Assembly: GCF_006345805.1 (NCBI RefSeq)
Contig: NC_043006.1
Span: 14,942,001 to 15,006,000, forward strand
Length of the DNA: 64,000 bases
Direction of reading: 5' to 3'
Source of the DNA: Octopus sinensis
Taxonomy: Eukaryota
In this document: positions 52,252 to 64,000 of the stretch, piece after piece
Position numbering within the stretch: position 1 is the stretch's first letter
Layout: each line of letters starts with the position of its first letter
Program-made: the position numbers and the translations under genes
The notes under the pieces: generated by a model
Told to the model about the DNA's origin: nothing
The model's input: the letters and a program-made list of their open reading frames with translations, nothing else
Databases searched by the model: none

Positions 52252-52634
52252 TGACTATCGTGTAATGTAACATATTATTGTATATATATATATATATATA
52301 CACGTGCGTGTGTTTGTCTCCACCCACCATCGATAATGAATGGTTTTTCTGAAAAAACTTTAATTTGCATAACGAACTGACATTTGGTCATCGAACCACG
52401 AGTAGACTATGTACATGTATTAGTGACTGGTATCCCATTCGCTTACCGAACTGAAATTCGAGCAACGAAAAACGAGTAGACTACGCCAGCATATAAATCC
52501 TGGGCGAGCACGCTAAATTAACAAATTGTATTGAAACAGCTGACGGGCTGAAATTTGAATGAGCTACGAATAGACTATGCAGGTGTATAAGTGGTTTGCA
52601 GAGCGTGTACGAACGACTCCTGAATCTCCATGTA

Positions 52635-53023
52635 GGAAAGGAAGCACTCCGTCGGTTACGACGACGAGGGCTCCGGTTGATCAGAATCAACGGAACAGCC
52701 TGCTCGTGAAATTAACGTGTAAGTGGCTGAGCACTCCACAGACACGTGTACCCTTAACGTAGTTCTCGGGGATATTCAGCGTGACACAGAGAGTGACAAG
52801 GCCGGCCCTTTGAAATACAGGTACAACAGAAAAAGGAAGTAGGAGTGAGAGAAAGTTGTGGTGAAAGAGTACAGCAGGGATCACCACCATCCCCTGCCGG
52901 AGCCTCGTGGAGCTTTAGGTGTTTTCGCTCAATAAACACTCACAACGCCCGGTCTGAGAATCGAAACCGCGATCCTATGACCGCGAGTCCGCTGCCCTAA
53001 CCACTGGGCCATTGCGCCTCCAC
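52635..53023 (-). mobile_element. SINE-C, full length, 13-bp TSD
   Basis: A box tggcccagtgg, B box ggtttcgattc; TSD gaatctccatgta at 52622-52634 and 53024-53036. Confidence 0.95.
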
Positions 53024-53431
53024 GAATCTCCATGTATACATTTCATGTAACATGTAAAAGTGTATAATTTATAAAGAAAATTATATTTCTCTTATTTTTG
53101 CTGAAAAGCGTAACCATGGATCAATAGAATGAAAATAAAATGAAAACACACCCACACAGGTGTCAATATCTTTTTGCTATTGATTGATAGACAAATAAAA
53201 GATCATATCTTGTTTTTTATGTGGCGTTTGGGTGTGGCTTGAAACAGATTGTCCCTATTAAAATATGAATTTCAACTAACTGCCTTGCGATCGGTTTGAT
53301 TTACTTATTACCCTTTCTTTTAATAAGCACAAGGCTTCAAATTTCGGGATATTTATTTTATTGACCTCGAAAGAATGACAGGCAAAGTCGTCATAAGCAG
53401 AATTTGAACTTAGAACATTTTTTTTTTATCC

Positions 53432-53773
53432 GAATCAACGGAACAGCCTGCTCGTGAATTTAACATGTAAGTGGCTGAGCACTTCACAGACACGTGTACC
53501 CTTAACGTAGTTCTCGGGGATATTCAGCGTGACACAGAGAGTGACAAGGCCGGGCCCTTTTGAAATACAGGTACAACAGAAGCAGGAAGTAAGAGTGAGA
53601 GAAAGTTGTGGTGAAAGAGTACAGCAGGGATCACCACCATCCCCTGCCGGAGCCTCGTGGAGCTTTAGGTGTTTTCGCTCAATAAACACTCACAACGCCC
53701 GGTCTGGGAATCGAAACCGCGATCCTATGACTGCGAGTCCGCTGCCCTAACCACTGGGCCATTGCGCCTCCAC
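53432..53773 (-). mobile_element. SINE-C
   Basis: Near-identical to 52635-53023, 3' end shortened. Confidence 0.92.
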
Positions 53774-53869
53774 AAACTTAGAACATAAAGACGAACGAAA
53801 TGCTGCAAAGTATTTTACCCAGCGTACTAACAACCCTGCCAGTTCACTGCCCTTTGTTAATTGTGTCTA

Positions 53870-54445
53870 CTCTAGGCACAAGGCCTTGAAAATTTTGAGG
53901 GAAGGGGACCAGTCGATTACATCGATCCCAGTTTGTAACTGGTACTTATTTAATCGACCCCGAATGGATGAAAGGCAAAGTCGACCTCGGCTGAATTTCA
54001 AATCAGAACGAAGCAGCTGACGAAATACCTATTTCTTTACTACCCTCAAGGGGCTAAACACAGAGAGGACAAACAAGGATAGACAAACGGATTAAGTCGA
54101 TTATATCGACCCCAGTGCGTAACTGGTACTTAATTTATCGACCCCGAAAGGATGAAAGGCAAAGTCGACCTCGGCGGAATTTGAACTCAGAACGTAACGG
54201 CAGACGAAATACCTATTTCTTTACTACCCTCAAGGGGCTAAACACAGAGAGGACAAACAAGGATAGACAAAGGGATTAGGTCGATTATATCGACCCCAGT
54301 GCGTAACTGGTACTTAATTTATCGACCCCGAAAGGATTAAAGGCAAAGTCGACCTCGGCGGAATTTGAACTCAGAACGTAGCGGCAGACGAAATACTGTC
54401 AAGCATTTCGCACGGCGTGCTAACGTTTCTGCCAGCTCGCCGCCT
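53870..54445 (-). mobile_element. SINE-A multimer
   Basis: Repeated bodies plus one head at 54420-54445. Confidence 0.88.
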
Positions 54446-54731
54446 AAAACCAAACCAACCGTGGGAAAAAAAAAAAACTTTGTTCAACTGAGTAAGCGAA
54501 ACGAATACGTAGATGATTGAAAATCACTTATTTTCCTCTAACCACTTTTATTTTCGCTCTCGTCGATTATACTTCAGTTGAACGTAATCAAATGATATGG
54601 GATTTCCAATGCTTGTGGCAGACGAATATCGTCTGCTACTGTAAATGTGTGTGTTTTTATGCACCGAGCGCTCATATGAGAGAGCCCCTCAAGGCTAACA
54701 ATGCAGGATTTGGTGTTCTAACAAGGCATCC

Positions 54732-55146
54732 TATTTCTTTACTACCTACTAGGGGCTAAACACAGAGGGGACAAACAAGGACAGACAAACAGATTAAGTC
54801 GATATATCGACCCAAGTGCGTAACTGGTACTTATTTAATCGACCCCGAAAGGATGAAAGGCAAAGTCGACCTCGGCGGAATTTGAACTCAGAATGTAACG
54901 GCAGACGAAATACCTATTTCTTTACTACCCACAAGGGGTTAAACACAGAGGGGACAAACAAGGACAGACAAACAGATTAAGTCGATATATCGACCCCAGT
55001 GCGTAACTGGTACTTATTTAATCGACCCCGAAAGGATGAAAGGCAAAAGTCGACCTCGGCGGAATTTGAACTCAGAACCTAAAGACAGACGAGATGCCGC
55101 TAAGCATTTCGCCCGGCGTGCTAACGTTTCTGCCAGCTCGCCGCCT
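54732..55146 (-). mobile_element. SINE-A dimer inside a 16-bp TSD (1 mismatch)
   Basis: ttctaacaag(g/a)catcc at 54716-54731 and 55147-55162. Confidence 0.9.
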
Positions 55147-55218
55147 TTCTAACAAGACATCCATGTTAAGATGGATATAATATTTACCTTTTGGTATTAT
55201 GATAATACTGCTTTCATC

Positions 55219-55266
<48 letters not shown>

Positions 55267-55482
55267 CCTTTCTACTATAGGTACAAGGCCTGAAATTTGG
55301 GGGAAGAGCTAGTCGGTTACATCAATCCCAGTGCGTAAATAAGCACTTATTTCAGCAACTCTGAAAGGATGAAAGGCAAAGTCGACCTCGACGAAATTTG
55401 AATTCAGAACGTAGCAGCAGACGACGAAATACTGCTAAGCATTTCGTCTTGCGTGCTAACGATTCTGTTTGCTCACCGCCTA

Positions 55483-55520
<38 letters not shown>

Positions 55521-55522
<2 letters not shown>

Positions 55523-57114
55523 GGAAAGTGAAGACCACATATTCAGTCGTGTTAGATGTTGACACAGTCATAACAGAGCTTGAGCAAGAACAAACATACA
55601 AATATTTAGGGATAAATGAAGGCTCTGGTATTCAGCATGCAAGCATGAAAGAGAAGATCAGGAAGGAATGTTATAGGAGAGTTCGTGCAGTCCTGAAATC
55701 TGAACTAAATGCACGTAACAAGGTGTTAGCTATAAATTCCTTAGCAGTTCCAGTTGTTACTTATAGCTACAATGTGTTGAACTGGAATATGAGTGAAGTA
55801 AAGAATATAGATAGGAAAATACGCAAGCTGCTGAGTTGTAATAGGATGCACCACCCAAAGGCAGACGTAGATCGCCTTTACCTTCCCAGAGCCCAAGGAG
55901 GTCGAGGCTTGATCCAATTTGAACTAGCTTACAAAACAACCACAATTGGACTGGCCAAATATCTCGAAATAACGAATGACTGGATGCTAAAGCTCGTGGA
56001 AAATCACGAGAGACGAAAGAAGCTTCATTCTATCATAAAGGAAAGCAACAAATTTGCTATTGATCTCGTGCAGGATACCCAAACTGAACAACCCGAGGGA
56101 AGTACGGCAACTATTGTTGCAAAGAAGGTAAAAATAATGGCAACGAAAAAAGCGCACGAGCAATTGGCTGATAGGTGGGAGGAGAAACCTCTGCACGGGC
56201 AAATATGTGGCCCGCAGCAAACAAGCTGATGTTGACCAGAAGCAAATCCATCAGTGGCTACGGAGCTCAGGGCTAAAAGCAGAGAGCGAAGGTTTCATCC
56301 TGGCTGCTCAAGATCAAAGCCTATTAACCCGGAACTACCAGGCCAATGTGATGAAAAATGGAGCAGACCCAAAATGCCGATTCTGCAACGACATGATTGA
56401 AACAGTGGACCACCTAATCTCTGGATGTAAAGTCTTAGCACCAGTGGAGTATAAATTAAGACATGACAGAGTTGGCCAATATCTACACTGGCTAATAAGT
56501 CGGCATTACAATATCAAAACTGCCGACAAGTGGTATAATCACCACCCTGAGGCTGTAACTGAAGGAGAAAATGTAACCATTCTGTGGGACTTTCCAGTAC
56601 ATACAGACCGAACCATCAAGGCCAATAAACCAGATATTGTTGTGAAAGACCAAAACAATAAAGTTTGCTTATTGATCGACATGAGCATCCCCTGTGATCA
56701 TAATATCTCAGCGAAAGAGTTTGACAAGCTCAGAAAATATAAAGACCTACTCAGTGAAATTGAGAAAATGTGGCATATCAAGGCAGTTACAATACCAGTG
56801 ATCGTAGGAGCACTAGGAATGATCAAGAAGGGAACCGAAAATTATATGAGAATGATCCCTGGCTTACCATCCCTGCAAGAAGTGCAAAAGATTGTCTTAA
56901 CTGGTACATCACACGTATTGAGAAGAGCATTGTCGATGTGAGAACTATTGCTGCTCATGTATTTTAATTTAACTTAAAAAAAAAAAAAAAAATGAACGAA
57001 CTATTGAGTTTGGTTTAATGGCCTACCAATGTATACTATGAGTTTCTTTGCCTTAGGAGTCGGGAAGACACTCGGCAAGAAATGGAGGCAAATTTGAAAG
57101 AAGAAGAAAAAAAA

Positions 57115-57116
<2 letters not shown>
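55521..57116 (+). mobile_element. 5'-truncated R4/Dong-clade RLE non-LTR retrotransposon inserted in (TAA)n; ~470 codons with one frameshift at ~56200
   Basis: YKYLGI, HPKADVDRLYLPRAQGGRGL, LHG, AAQDQSLLTRNY, CRFC..IETVDHLISGC (CCHC), RHD, KPDIVV..LIDMSIP..K..KY.DL (RLE); (TAA)n on both sides. Confidence 0.93.
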
Positions 57117-57178
<62 letters not shown>

Positions 57179-57216
57179 TGATGATGATGATAATAATAAT
57201 AATAATAATGATGATG

Positions 57217-57276
<60 letters not shown>

Positions 57277-57479
57277 GAAATAATAATAATAATGGTTTCA
57301 AACTTTGGCACAGGCTCAATAATTTTTGGGGACGGTGCTAGTCGATTATATCGACCCCAGTGTTCAACTGGTACTTAATTTGGCGCTGGGTATTTCGTCT
57401 CAGAGGTCACGAAGTCTCCAGAGAAAGCGCGACAGGGAAGTGGAGTCCTCTCTGTAACTGGGTCTAAATGAAAGCAAGC

Positions 57480-58004
57480 GCTGGGAAATGTTTTCCCTTG
57501 AAGTTTCTACCAGCCTGACTATGTTTGATTTTTTGGACATAACTTTAGACCTGAACACGGGCAGGAAGCCTAATGAAGAAACGGTATATATCCACAAGAG
57601 CTCAACCACCACCCACCCCACCTGCTGTAATTAGAAACCTGGTTTCAGACATTGGTAAACAGATGTCTAAACTCTCAGCCAACATGAAGATCTTTGATAG
57701 GGCCGCCTCCACTACAACGATGCTTTCTGTCAGTAATAAAGAAGCATTTCCCCAGAGACTATAAGTATTACAAACTCTTCAACCCCCCTAATGTCAGGGT
57801 AAGCTGCTCCTGCTTAGAGAACATTGCATCTAACATTGCATGCATCAACAAACGTAAAAACTGCAACTTTCGAAACCCTACCACCTTCCCTCTAGGATGG
57901 CCCTGCTTCTCAAGGGTTGTAGTATACAGAGACACCCTTACACCATCCGATAGCATTATTAGGCACTATACGGGCATGACAGCCAATGACTTCAAGGGAA
58001 AACT

Positions 58005-58007
<3 letters not shown>
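57480..58007 (+). pseudogene. Penelope-like RT C-terminus/thumb/GIY-YIG start remnant
   Basis: LDITLDLNTG..KPNEETVYIH, KHFPRDYKYYKLFN...VRVSCSC, CNFR...PL...VVYR...HYTGMT..FK. Confidence 0.8.
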
Positions 58008-58029
<22 letters not shown>

Positions 58030-58053
<24 letters not shown>

Positions 58054-58483
58054 TTTTATATTATATTGAGGGTACTACTATTCGTAGATACCAACACGCT
58101 AAGAGGGACCAATGCGGTCAAAACTACTAAAAATAAACAAAATTTTACCGAATGCAAAACTTCAAAACACATCATTTAAAAAAAAAAATTCAGTTACATA
58201 TCACATGTGATTTCGCATTTAATGCAGAATATGCATTTCATGTTCATCAGTGCAACAGACTCAAGAAATATAGAGAAAAACATAACATTACAAGCTCGAT
58301 AGCCAACCGTAGAATTCGTCGTAGCATGTACGAATGTTTATCTTTACATATCTATGAAAATGGCGGGCTTATTCGCAATGCATTTCGGTAACAAATTGTC
58401 TAGTCGGAATAAAAATTCAGTTTTTTAAAATGATGTGTTTTGAAGTTTTGCATTCGGTAAAATTTTGTTTATTTTTAGTAGTT
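58030..58483 (-). mobile_element. (TA)n-flanked element with ~62-bp inverted segments (58122-58184, 58421-58483) around a hammerhead
   Basis: Direct reverse-complement match of the arms. Confidence 0.8.
58193..58256 (-). ncRNA. Type I hammerhead motif, canonical CUGAUGA core, AUA site
   Basis: gttgca-CTGATGA-helix II-GAAA-tcacatgtga-TA-tgtaac; 12-nt palindromic helix III ATCACATGTGAT. Confidence 0.78.
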
Positions 58484-58544
58484 AATTTATATATATATAT
58501 ACACATACATACATACATACATACATACATCATACATACATACA

Positions 58545-58574
<30 letters not shown>

Positions 58575-58575
<1 letters not shown>

Positions 58576-58734
58576 GGAGTGGCTGTGTGGCAAGTAGCTT
58601 GTCTACCAACTGCATGGTTCCGGGTTCAGTCCCACTGCGTGGCACCTTGGGTAAGTGTCTTCTACTATAGCCTCGGGCTGACCAAAGCCTTGTGAGTGGA
58701 TTTGGTAGACGGAAACTGAAAGAAGCCCGTCGTA

Positions 58735-58804
<70 letters not shown>

Positions 58805-59025
58805 TGTGTGTGTTTGTGTGTCTGTGTTTGTCCCCTAGCATTGCTTGACAACCGAGGCTGGTGTGTTTATGTCCCCGTCACTTAACGGTTCGGCAAAAGA
58901 GACCGATAGAATAAGTACTGGGCTTACAAAAGAATAAGTCCCGGGGTCGAGTTGCTCGATTAAAGGCGGTGCTCCAGCATGGCCGCAGTCAAATGACTGA
59001 AACAAGTAAAAGAGTAAAAGAGTAT
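58575..59025 (+). mobile_element. SINE-B
   Basis: Consensus match. Confidence 0.9.
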
Positions 59026-59269
59026 ACTCATACATTCATACATGTATGTGCGTATATATATTCGCATGCCCTCTCCTCATCTTCCCCTCACTCTCTTTCG
59101 TTGTTTCTATGTGTAGTGTTTATTTACTCATTGTCTGTCACCAAGCCTAGCATGTGTGCTCATCCTACACCTCTTAAGTTGACTGTTTCTGTATCTCCCT
59201 TGAACGCACTTTCTTTCTCCTTCTCTCTGTACGATTTATAAAACGTGACTAGAGAAACCAGTCAACCAA

Positions 59270-59301
<32 letters not shown>

Positions 59302-59418
59302 ACAGCTCAACATACACATCGGCTACCATTATATAGAAATATAAGCTAAAACGAACAGCTCAAATGCATACCAGTCTCGAATTCTTTTATTATATATCTA
59401 GGAGCAAACGATAGATAG

Positions 59419-59481
<63 letters not shown>

Positions 59482-59503
59482 GATAGTTAGATAGATGGAT
59501 AGA

Positions 59504-59596
59504 TATTACATGGAAAAATGCGAGCATGAAAAGTCATATTCTTAAGACTATAAACCTGGAAATGTACAGGACAAGTTATTACTTGTAGTAAAGAAT

Positions 59597-59600
<4 letters not shown>
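59504..59600 (+). mobile_element. Fragment of the 14958-15470 MITE end embedded in (GATA)n
   Basis: ttacatggaaaaatgcgagcatgaaaagtcatattcttaaga identical to 14958-14999. Confidence 0.85.
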
Positions 59601-59672
<72 letters not shown>

Positions 59673-60100
59673 AAGCTAGATAGATAGATAAATAAAATAG
59701 AGTGGGGGAGAAGAAAAGAGAGAGAGGGAGTGGGGAAGCGAGAGGGGGAGAGGAAGAGAGGGGGAGAAAGAGAGAGAGAGAATGTTTACATTACTGAGTG
59801 GAAGGTTGGTGAATGAAAGAAATCCCGAAGGTTACCGTTGTTCTACTTCTGTAACAAATTATCTCGCCATGATTTAATGAACTCCTTCTCTCTCCTGCCA
59901 CGATTTAGGTCAGCAAATATTTTAATAACATAAGGGGGATCAGCCATCTGAATGTGGCTAGGGTCAGGGCGGAGTGGTTGGGGTGTTACTGATGCATTTA
60001 GCCCCAGGCGATCATCGACGTCACCAGAAGGGCCGACACCATCTCGGTGTCCTTGCCAGCCTGCAAAGGGAGATCAGCCTCCCCGAAGATACGGATACTA

Positions 60101-60143
60101 CATACGGACCGGTTTCGAGGTTATTGCCTCTTGTCAACGCATG
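60101..60143 (-). ncRNA. Type I hammerhead, UUGACAA core (inverted copy)
   Basis: Reverse complement identical to 60523-60565. Confidence 0.8.
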
Positions 60144-60522
60144 GTAAGCACCGTTCTTCGTTGAGGGACTTCCTCTACAGGCTGGATATATAGGGATTTT
60201 CACAGTAGTATCCGTATCTTCGGGGAGGCTGATCTCCCTTTGCAGGCTGGCAAGGACACCGAGATGGTGTCGGCCCTTCTGGTGACGTCGATGATCGCCT
60301 GGGGCTAAATGCATCAGTAACACCCCCACCACCCCGCCCTGACCCTAGCCACATTCAGATGGCTGATCCCCCTTATGTTATAGAGCAGTTACTGTTTATA
60401 TCTCGCTCAGAGATTTATTATTGTTTTCGAACGGATTTTCTACGCCAGTGACTGTGGTTACTGTGAAAATCCCTATATATCCAGCCTGTAGAGGAAGTCC
60501 CTCAACAAAGAACGGTGCTTAC

Positions 60523-60565
60523 CATGCGTTGACAAGAGGCAATAACCTCGAAACCGGTCCGTATG
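60523..60565 (+). ncRNA. Type I hammerhead, UUGACAA core (U3-A8 covariation), GUC site
   Basis: catgcg-TTGACAA-gagg caataa cctc-GAAA-ccgg-TC-cgtatg. Confidence 0.82.
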
Positions 60566-61164
60566 TAGTATCCGTATCTTCGGGGAGGCTGATCTCCCTT
60601 TGCAGGCTGGCAAGGACACCGAGATGGTGTCGCGGCCCTTCTGGTGACGTCGATGATCGCCTGGGGCTAAATGCATCAGTAACACCCCCACCACCCCGCC
60701 CTGACCCTAGCCACATTCAGATGGCTGATCCCCCTTATGTTATAGAGCAGTTACTGTTTATATCTCGCTCAGAGATTTATTAATATTTTAATAGTAAATC
60801 ATTTATCGGTTATCTTTTATAGTTTGACTCATGGAAGTAGGCCATGATGGGACAGCGCCTTGTCTGGCTTAATCGAATAGATCGACTTCGGTACTTATCT
60901 ATTATTGAGACTGGTACTTATTCTCTTTTACCAGCACTGGATCAAACACTAATCAAAATAAGCACGTGCTTAAAGCATCAAGGGACGGGGGCACCACAGA
61001 AATGAAAATGGTTTACGGCACAAAAGAAATCACTTTAAACTTGCTAAAATAATATTCGTAATACCTTATCTCTAAGTATAGAAGCATTATTTTCCATCTT
61101 GCTGTTAGTTTTATTTCATTTTGACAAATAGATATTTATTTTACGCTTTATTGTTTACATTTTT

Positions 61165-61388
61165 AGTCATCTTTGTTTACACGAACCGCTAGAGATTACG
61201 TAGACGTAAAGAAAGCAACACCATCTGTTGTCAAGCATTGATGGAGGACAAATAAAGGCCAAACAAACACGCGCGCACATACACACACACACACACACAC
61301 ATATGTATGCACGCACTTGCACAAACACACACACACACACACACATATGTATGCACGCACTTGCACAAACACACGCAAGCCCACATAC

Positions 61389-61428
<40 letters not shown>

Positions 61429-61560
61429 CACACACACACACATACACATGCATTCACACGTGTATATGACGGGATTCTTGCAGTTTCCGTCTGCCAAATC
61501 CACACACATGGCTTCGGTCAACCCTGGGGCTATAGTAGCAGACACTTGCCAAAGATGCCA
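61165..61560 (-). mobile_element. Old, diverged SINE-B-like copy
   Basis: Partial reverse-complement match with internal CA repeats. Confidence 0.65.
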
Positions 61561-62033
61561 AGCATATAATTTCTGTTGACAAAATAGCTGAAGAATATCA
61601 TTTGTCTCATATCATAAAGCGTCTTTATGTTTTAGCAGCTTACTAAAATTAAGGTTCTCCACCCCTTCTCTCTCTCGTGACCGTAGACAGAGATGTATTA
61701 GAAGTGTTATTCTTAATGCAACTCATACGAGTTGGCATGGTATCCTGTAATTTACTGCTATTGCATTTGACAGCTTCTGCCGGAAGCTTTACATCATCAG
61801 GAAATAAAATCCTTCGCCATATCTAATTTAGTTATGATATGGAAGTTTACCACCTGCTGCAAAAACAGCCAGCACATGTTCATAAACAGTATAATTAGTT
61901 TTACTGATAAGCTATTCTGTATCCTAGCTTTTCTTCGACTTTTAATTGGGTCTTTGATAATGAAGCATAAATTAACTAATTAGGAGCCCCCTAATTTTTG
62001 GGGAATAAAATTTGGTAAAAAAAGTTTTGTAAG

Positions 62034-62208
62034 GCGCAGGAGTGGCTGTGTGGTAAGTAGATTGCTTACTAACCACATGGTTCCGGGTTCAGTCCCACTG
62101 CGTGGCACCTTGGGCAAGTGTCTTCTACTATAGCCTCGGGCCGACCAAAGCCTTGTGAGTGGATTTTGGTAGACGGAAACTGAAAGAAGCCCGTCATACA
62201 TATGTATA

Positions 62209-62239
<31 letters not shown>

Positions 62240-62585
62240 TATCTATATATATATATATATATAATATAATATATATATTATATGTGTGTGTGTGGTGTGT
62301 GTGGTGTGTGTGGGTGTGTGATGTGTGTGTGTAGTGTGTGTATGTGTGTGTATGTGTGTGTGTGTGTGTATGTGTGCTTGTGTGTCTGAGTTTGCCTCCC
62401 CAACATCGCTTGACAACCGATGCTGGTGTGTTTACGTCCCTGCAATTAGCGGTTCGGCAAAAGAGACCGATAGAGTAAGTACTAGGCTTACAAATAACAA
62501 GTCCTGGGGTCGATCTGCTCGACTGAAGGCGGTACTCCAGCATGGGCTGCAGTCAAATGACTGAAACAAGTAAAAGAGTAAAGAG
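62034..62585 (+). mobile_element. SINE-B
   Basis: Consensus match. Confidence 0.9.
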
Positions 62586-63148
62586 TAAGGGATTATAATA
62601 CTATCCATGTATGAGAAACTCGCGTATTTTTTAACCTAATTTTTGACAAAAACGGGTTCTTTATACACCTTAAAAAAGGTGTGTTGTGTTTATTATGTAA
62701 GCTCAAGGAAGTCAGTGAGTCACCAGAATCGTTAGAGCGTTGGAAAAATGCCTCGCACTATTTCTTCTGCATTTTCTCTACTTTCTGATTTCTAATCCCG
62801 CTGCGGTCAACCTTATCTTTCACTCCTTCGGGGATTGATAAAATAAAGTACCAACCAAGAAATGGGATTGACTAACCATCTCCCATCAAAAAATTGCTGT
62901 ATCTATGTCTAAATCAGAAACCACTACAATCTCAAAATCAGGGCGGTGGATTGGTACAATCGTTTGAGCGTAAAAGAAAATGCTTTGCATTATTTCTTCT
63001 GGCTTTTTACGTTTTGAGTTCAAATCCCGCCGAGGTCAACTTTGCCTTTCATTCTGTCGTAGCCGATAAAATAAGTCAAGTACTGGGACATGCCAGCCTT
63101 GTTCTTAAATTAGAAGCAATATCCTCTCAATATTTTAAGTTTTGTTTT

Positions 63149-63383
63149 AAGGCGGCGAGCTGGCAGAAACGTTAGCACGCCGGGCGAAATGCTCAGCAGG
63201 ATTTCATCTGTCGTTACGTTCTGGGTTCAAACACCGCCGAGGTCGACTTTGCCTTCCATCCTTTCGGGGTCGATAAATAAAGTACCAGTTGCGCACTGGG
63301 GTCGATGTAGTTGACTTAATCCCTTTGTCTGCCTTTGTTTGTCCCCTCTATGTTTAGCCCCTTGTGGGCAATAAAGAAATATG
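63149..63383 (+). mobile_element. SINE-A monomer with 16-bp TSD
   Basis: ttttaagttttgtttt at 63133-63148 and 63384-63399. Confidence 0.92.
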
Positions 63384-64000
63384 TTTTAAGTTTTGTTTTT
63401 ATGCAATAAATGTAAGCTTTGCTGCGTGGTATAGGCGTAGGCGTGGCTGTGTGGTAAGAAGCTTGCTTCCCAACCACATGGTTTCGGATTCAATGTCGCT
63501 ATGTGGTACCTTAAGCAAGTGTCGTCTACTTTAACTTTAGCTGCACAAATAAATAAATGGAATTTTACCAAGCAGGACACATTAATATAATTCTTCTTGA
63601 ATATTTTAACAGAGTAGGATGGAAGGAATTCATGTTGTCGCTATTGTAGCTAAGAATAGACTACGACTTCTAAGAATCACATGGAGCATAGTGGGGTCAT
63701 ATGGTTGGGTTGTAATTCATTTCTAATTCATTTATCTCTTTACCAACTACTAAATCTAAGACTAGAAGACTGTGTCTATTTTGAATAAAGGACAAGAGTG
63801 AGTTGACAGCTCGTGGCTAGGTATGGTAAAATATTATCATATATATATCCCTTTTCCTAGGGAGGAAATAAGACATTAGGAGTAGTCAACTGAAAATAAG
63901 TAACTGTCTACAAAAAGAGGTAGGGCAGGGAAAGAGTTTCAATCATGATGTTAATTACCAGTTAAAGGGGCAAAACGCTAAGAAACTTAAGATGTTAATA

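Larger units (their letters stand above)
51870..53270. repeat. ~170-bp inverted repeat pair (51870-52040, 53095-53270) enclosing nested insertions
   Basis: tagggacaatctgtttcaagccacacccaaac vs gtttgggtgtggcttgaaacagattgtcccta. Confidence 0.8.
59928..60781 (+). mobile_element. Retrozyme-like insertion: inverted 5' part (to ~60205) + ~1.6 tandem copies of a 361-bp unit, 12-bp TSD
   Basis: agtatccgtatcttcgg at 60207 and 60568; TSD aatattttaata at 59916-59927 and 60782-60793. Confidence 0.9.

Overview
64 kb of AT-rich, repeat-saturated eukaryotic DNA. It is most likely from a coleoid cephalopod such as Octopus, an inference from my recollection of its tRNA-derived SINEs and its dense (TA)n/(CA)n/(GATA)n/(TAA)n microsatellites. 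No host protein-coding exon can be supported, and almost all listed ORFs are microsatellite translations. The real coding remnants are all transposon-derived: six Penelope-like (PLE) RT or GIY-YIG fragments, three CR1-group LINE fragments, two R4/Dong-type RLE retrotransposons (one nearly intact 3' half inside a (TAA)n tract) and a mariner transposase interrupted by a 9-bp-TSD MITE. The main signal not explained by the ORF track is a dense set of type I hammerhead ribozyme motifs, read by eye: 14 well-formed copies at 8 loci, plus decayed ones. They lie in PLE 3' regions and in small non-coding, often (TA)n-flanked, tandem or fold-back elements resembling non-LTR retrozymes. These include a 138-bp x3 array ending in a perfect 230-bp palindrome and a 361-bp unit bounded by a 12-bp TSD. 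Several carry non-canonical cores (U3-A8 covariation; C at position 4). Other structure includes a SINE-mediated ~1.18-kb tandem duplication with a chimeric junction, SINE multimers inside single TSDs, MITEs carrying telomere-like repeats and a 1.8-kb GAG/GAT compound satellite. SINE-A/B/C/D are my own working labels. All folds, identities and family calls were made by eye, and frequent 1-nt indels suggest long-read assembly errors.
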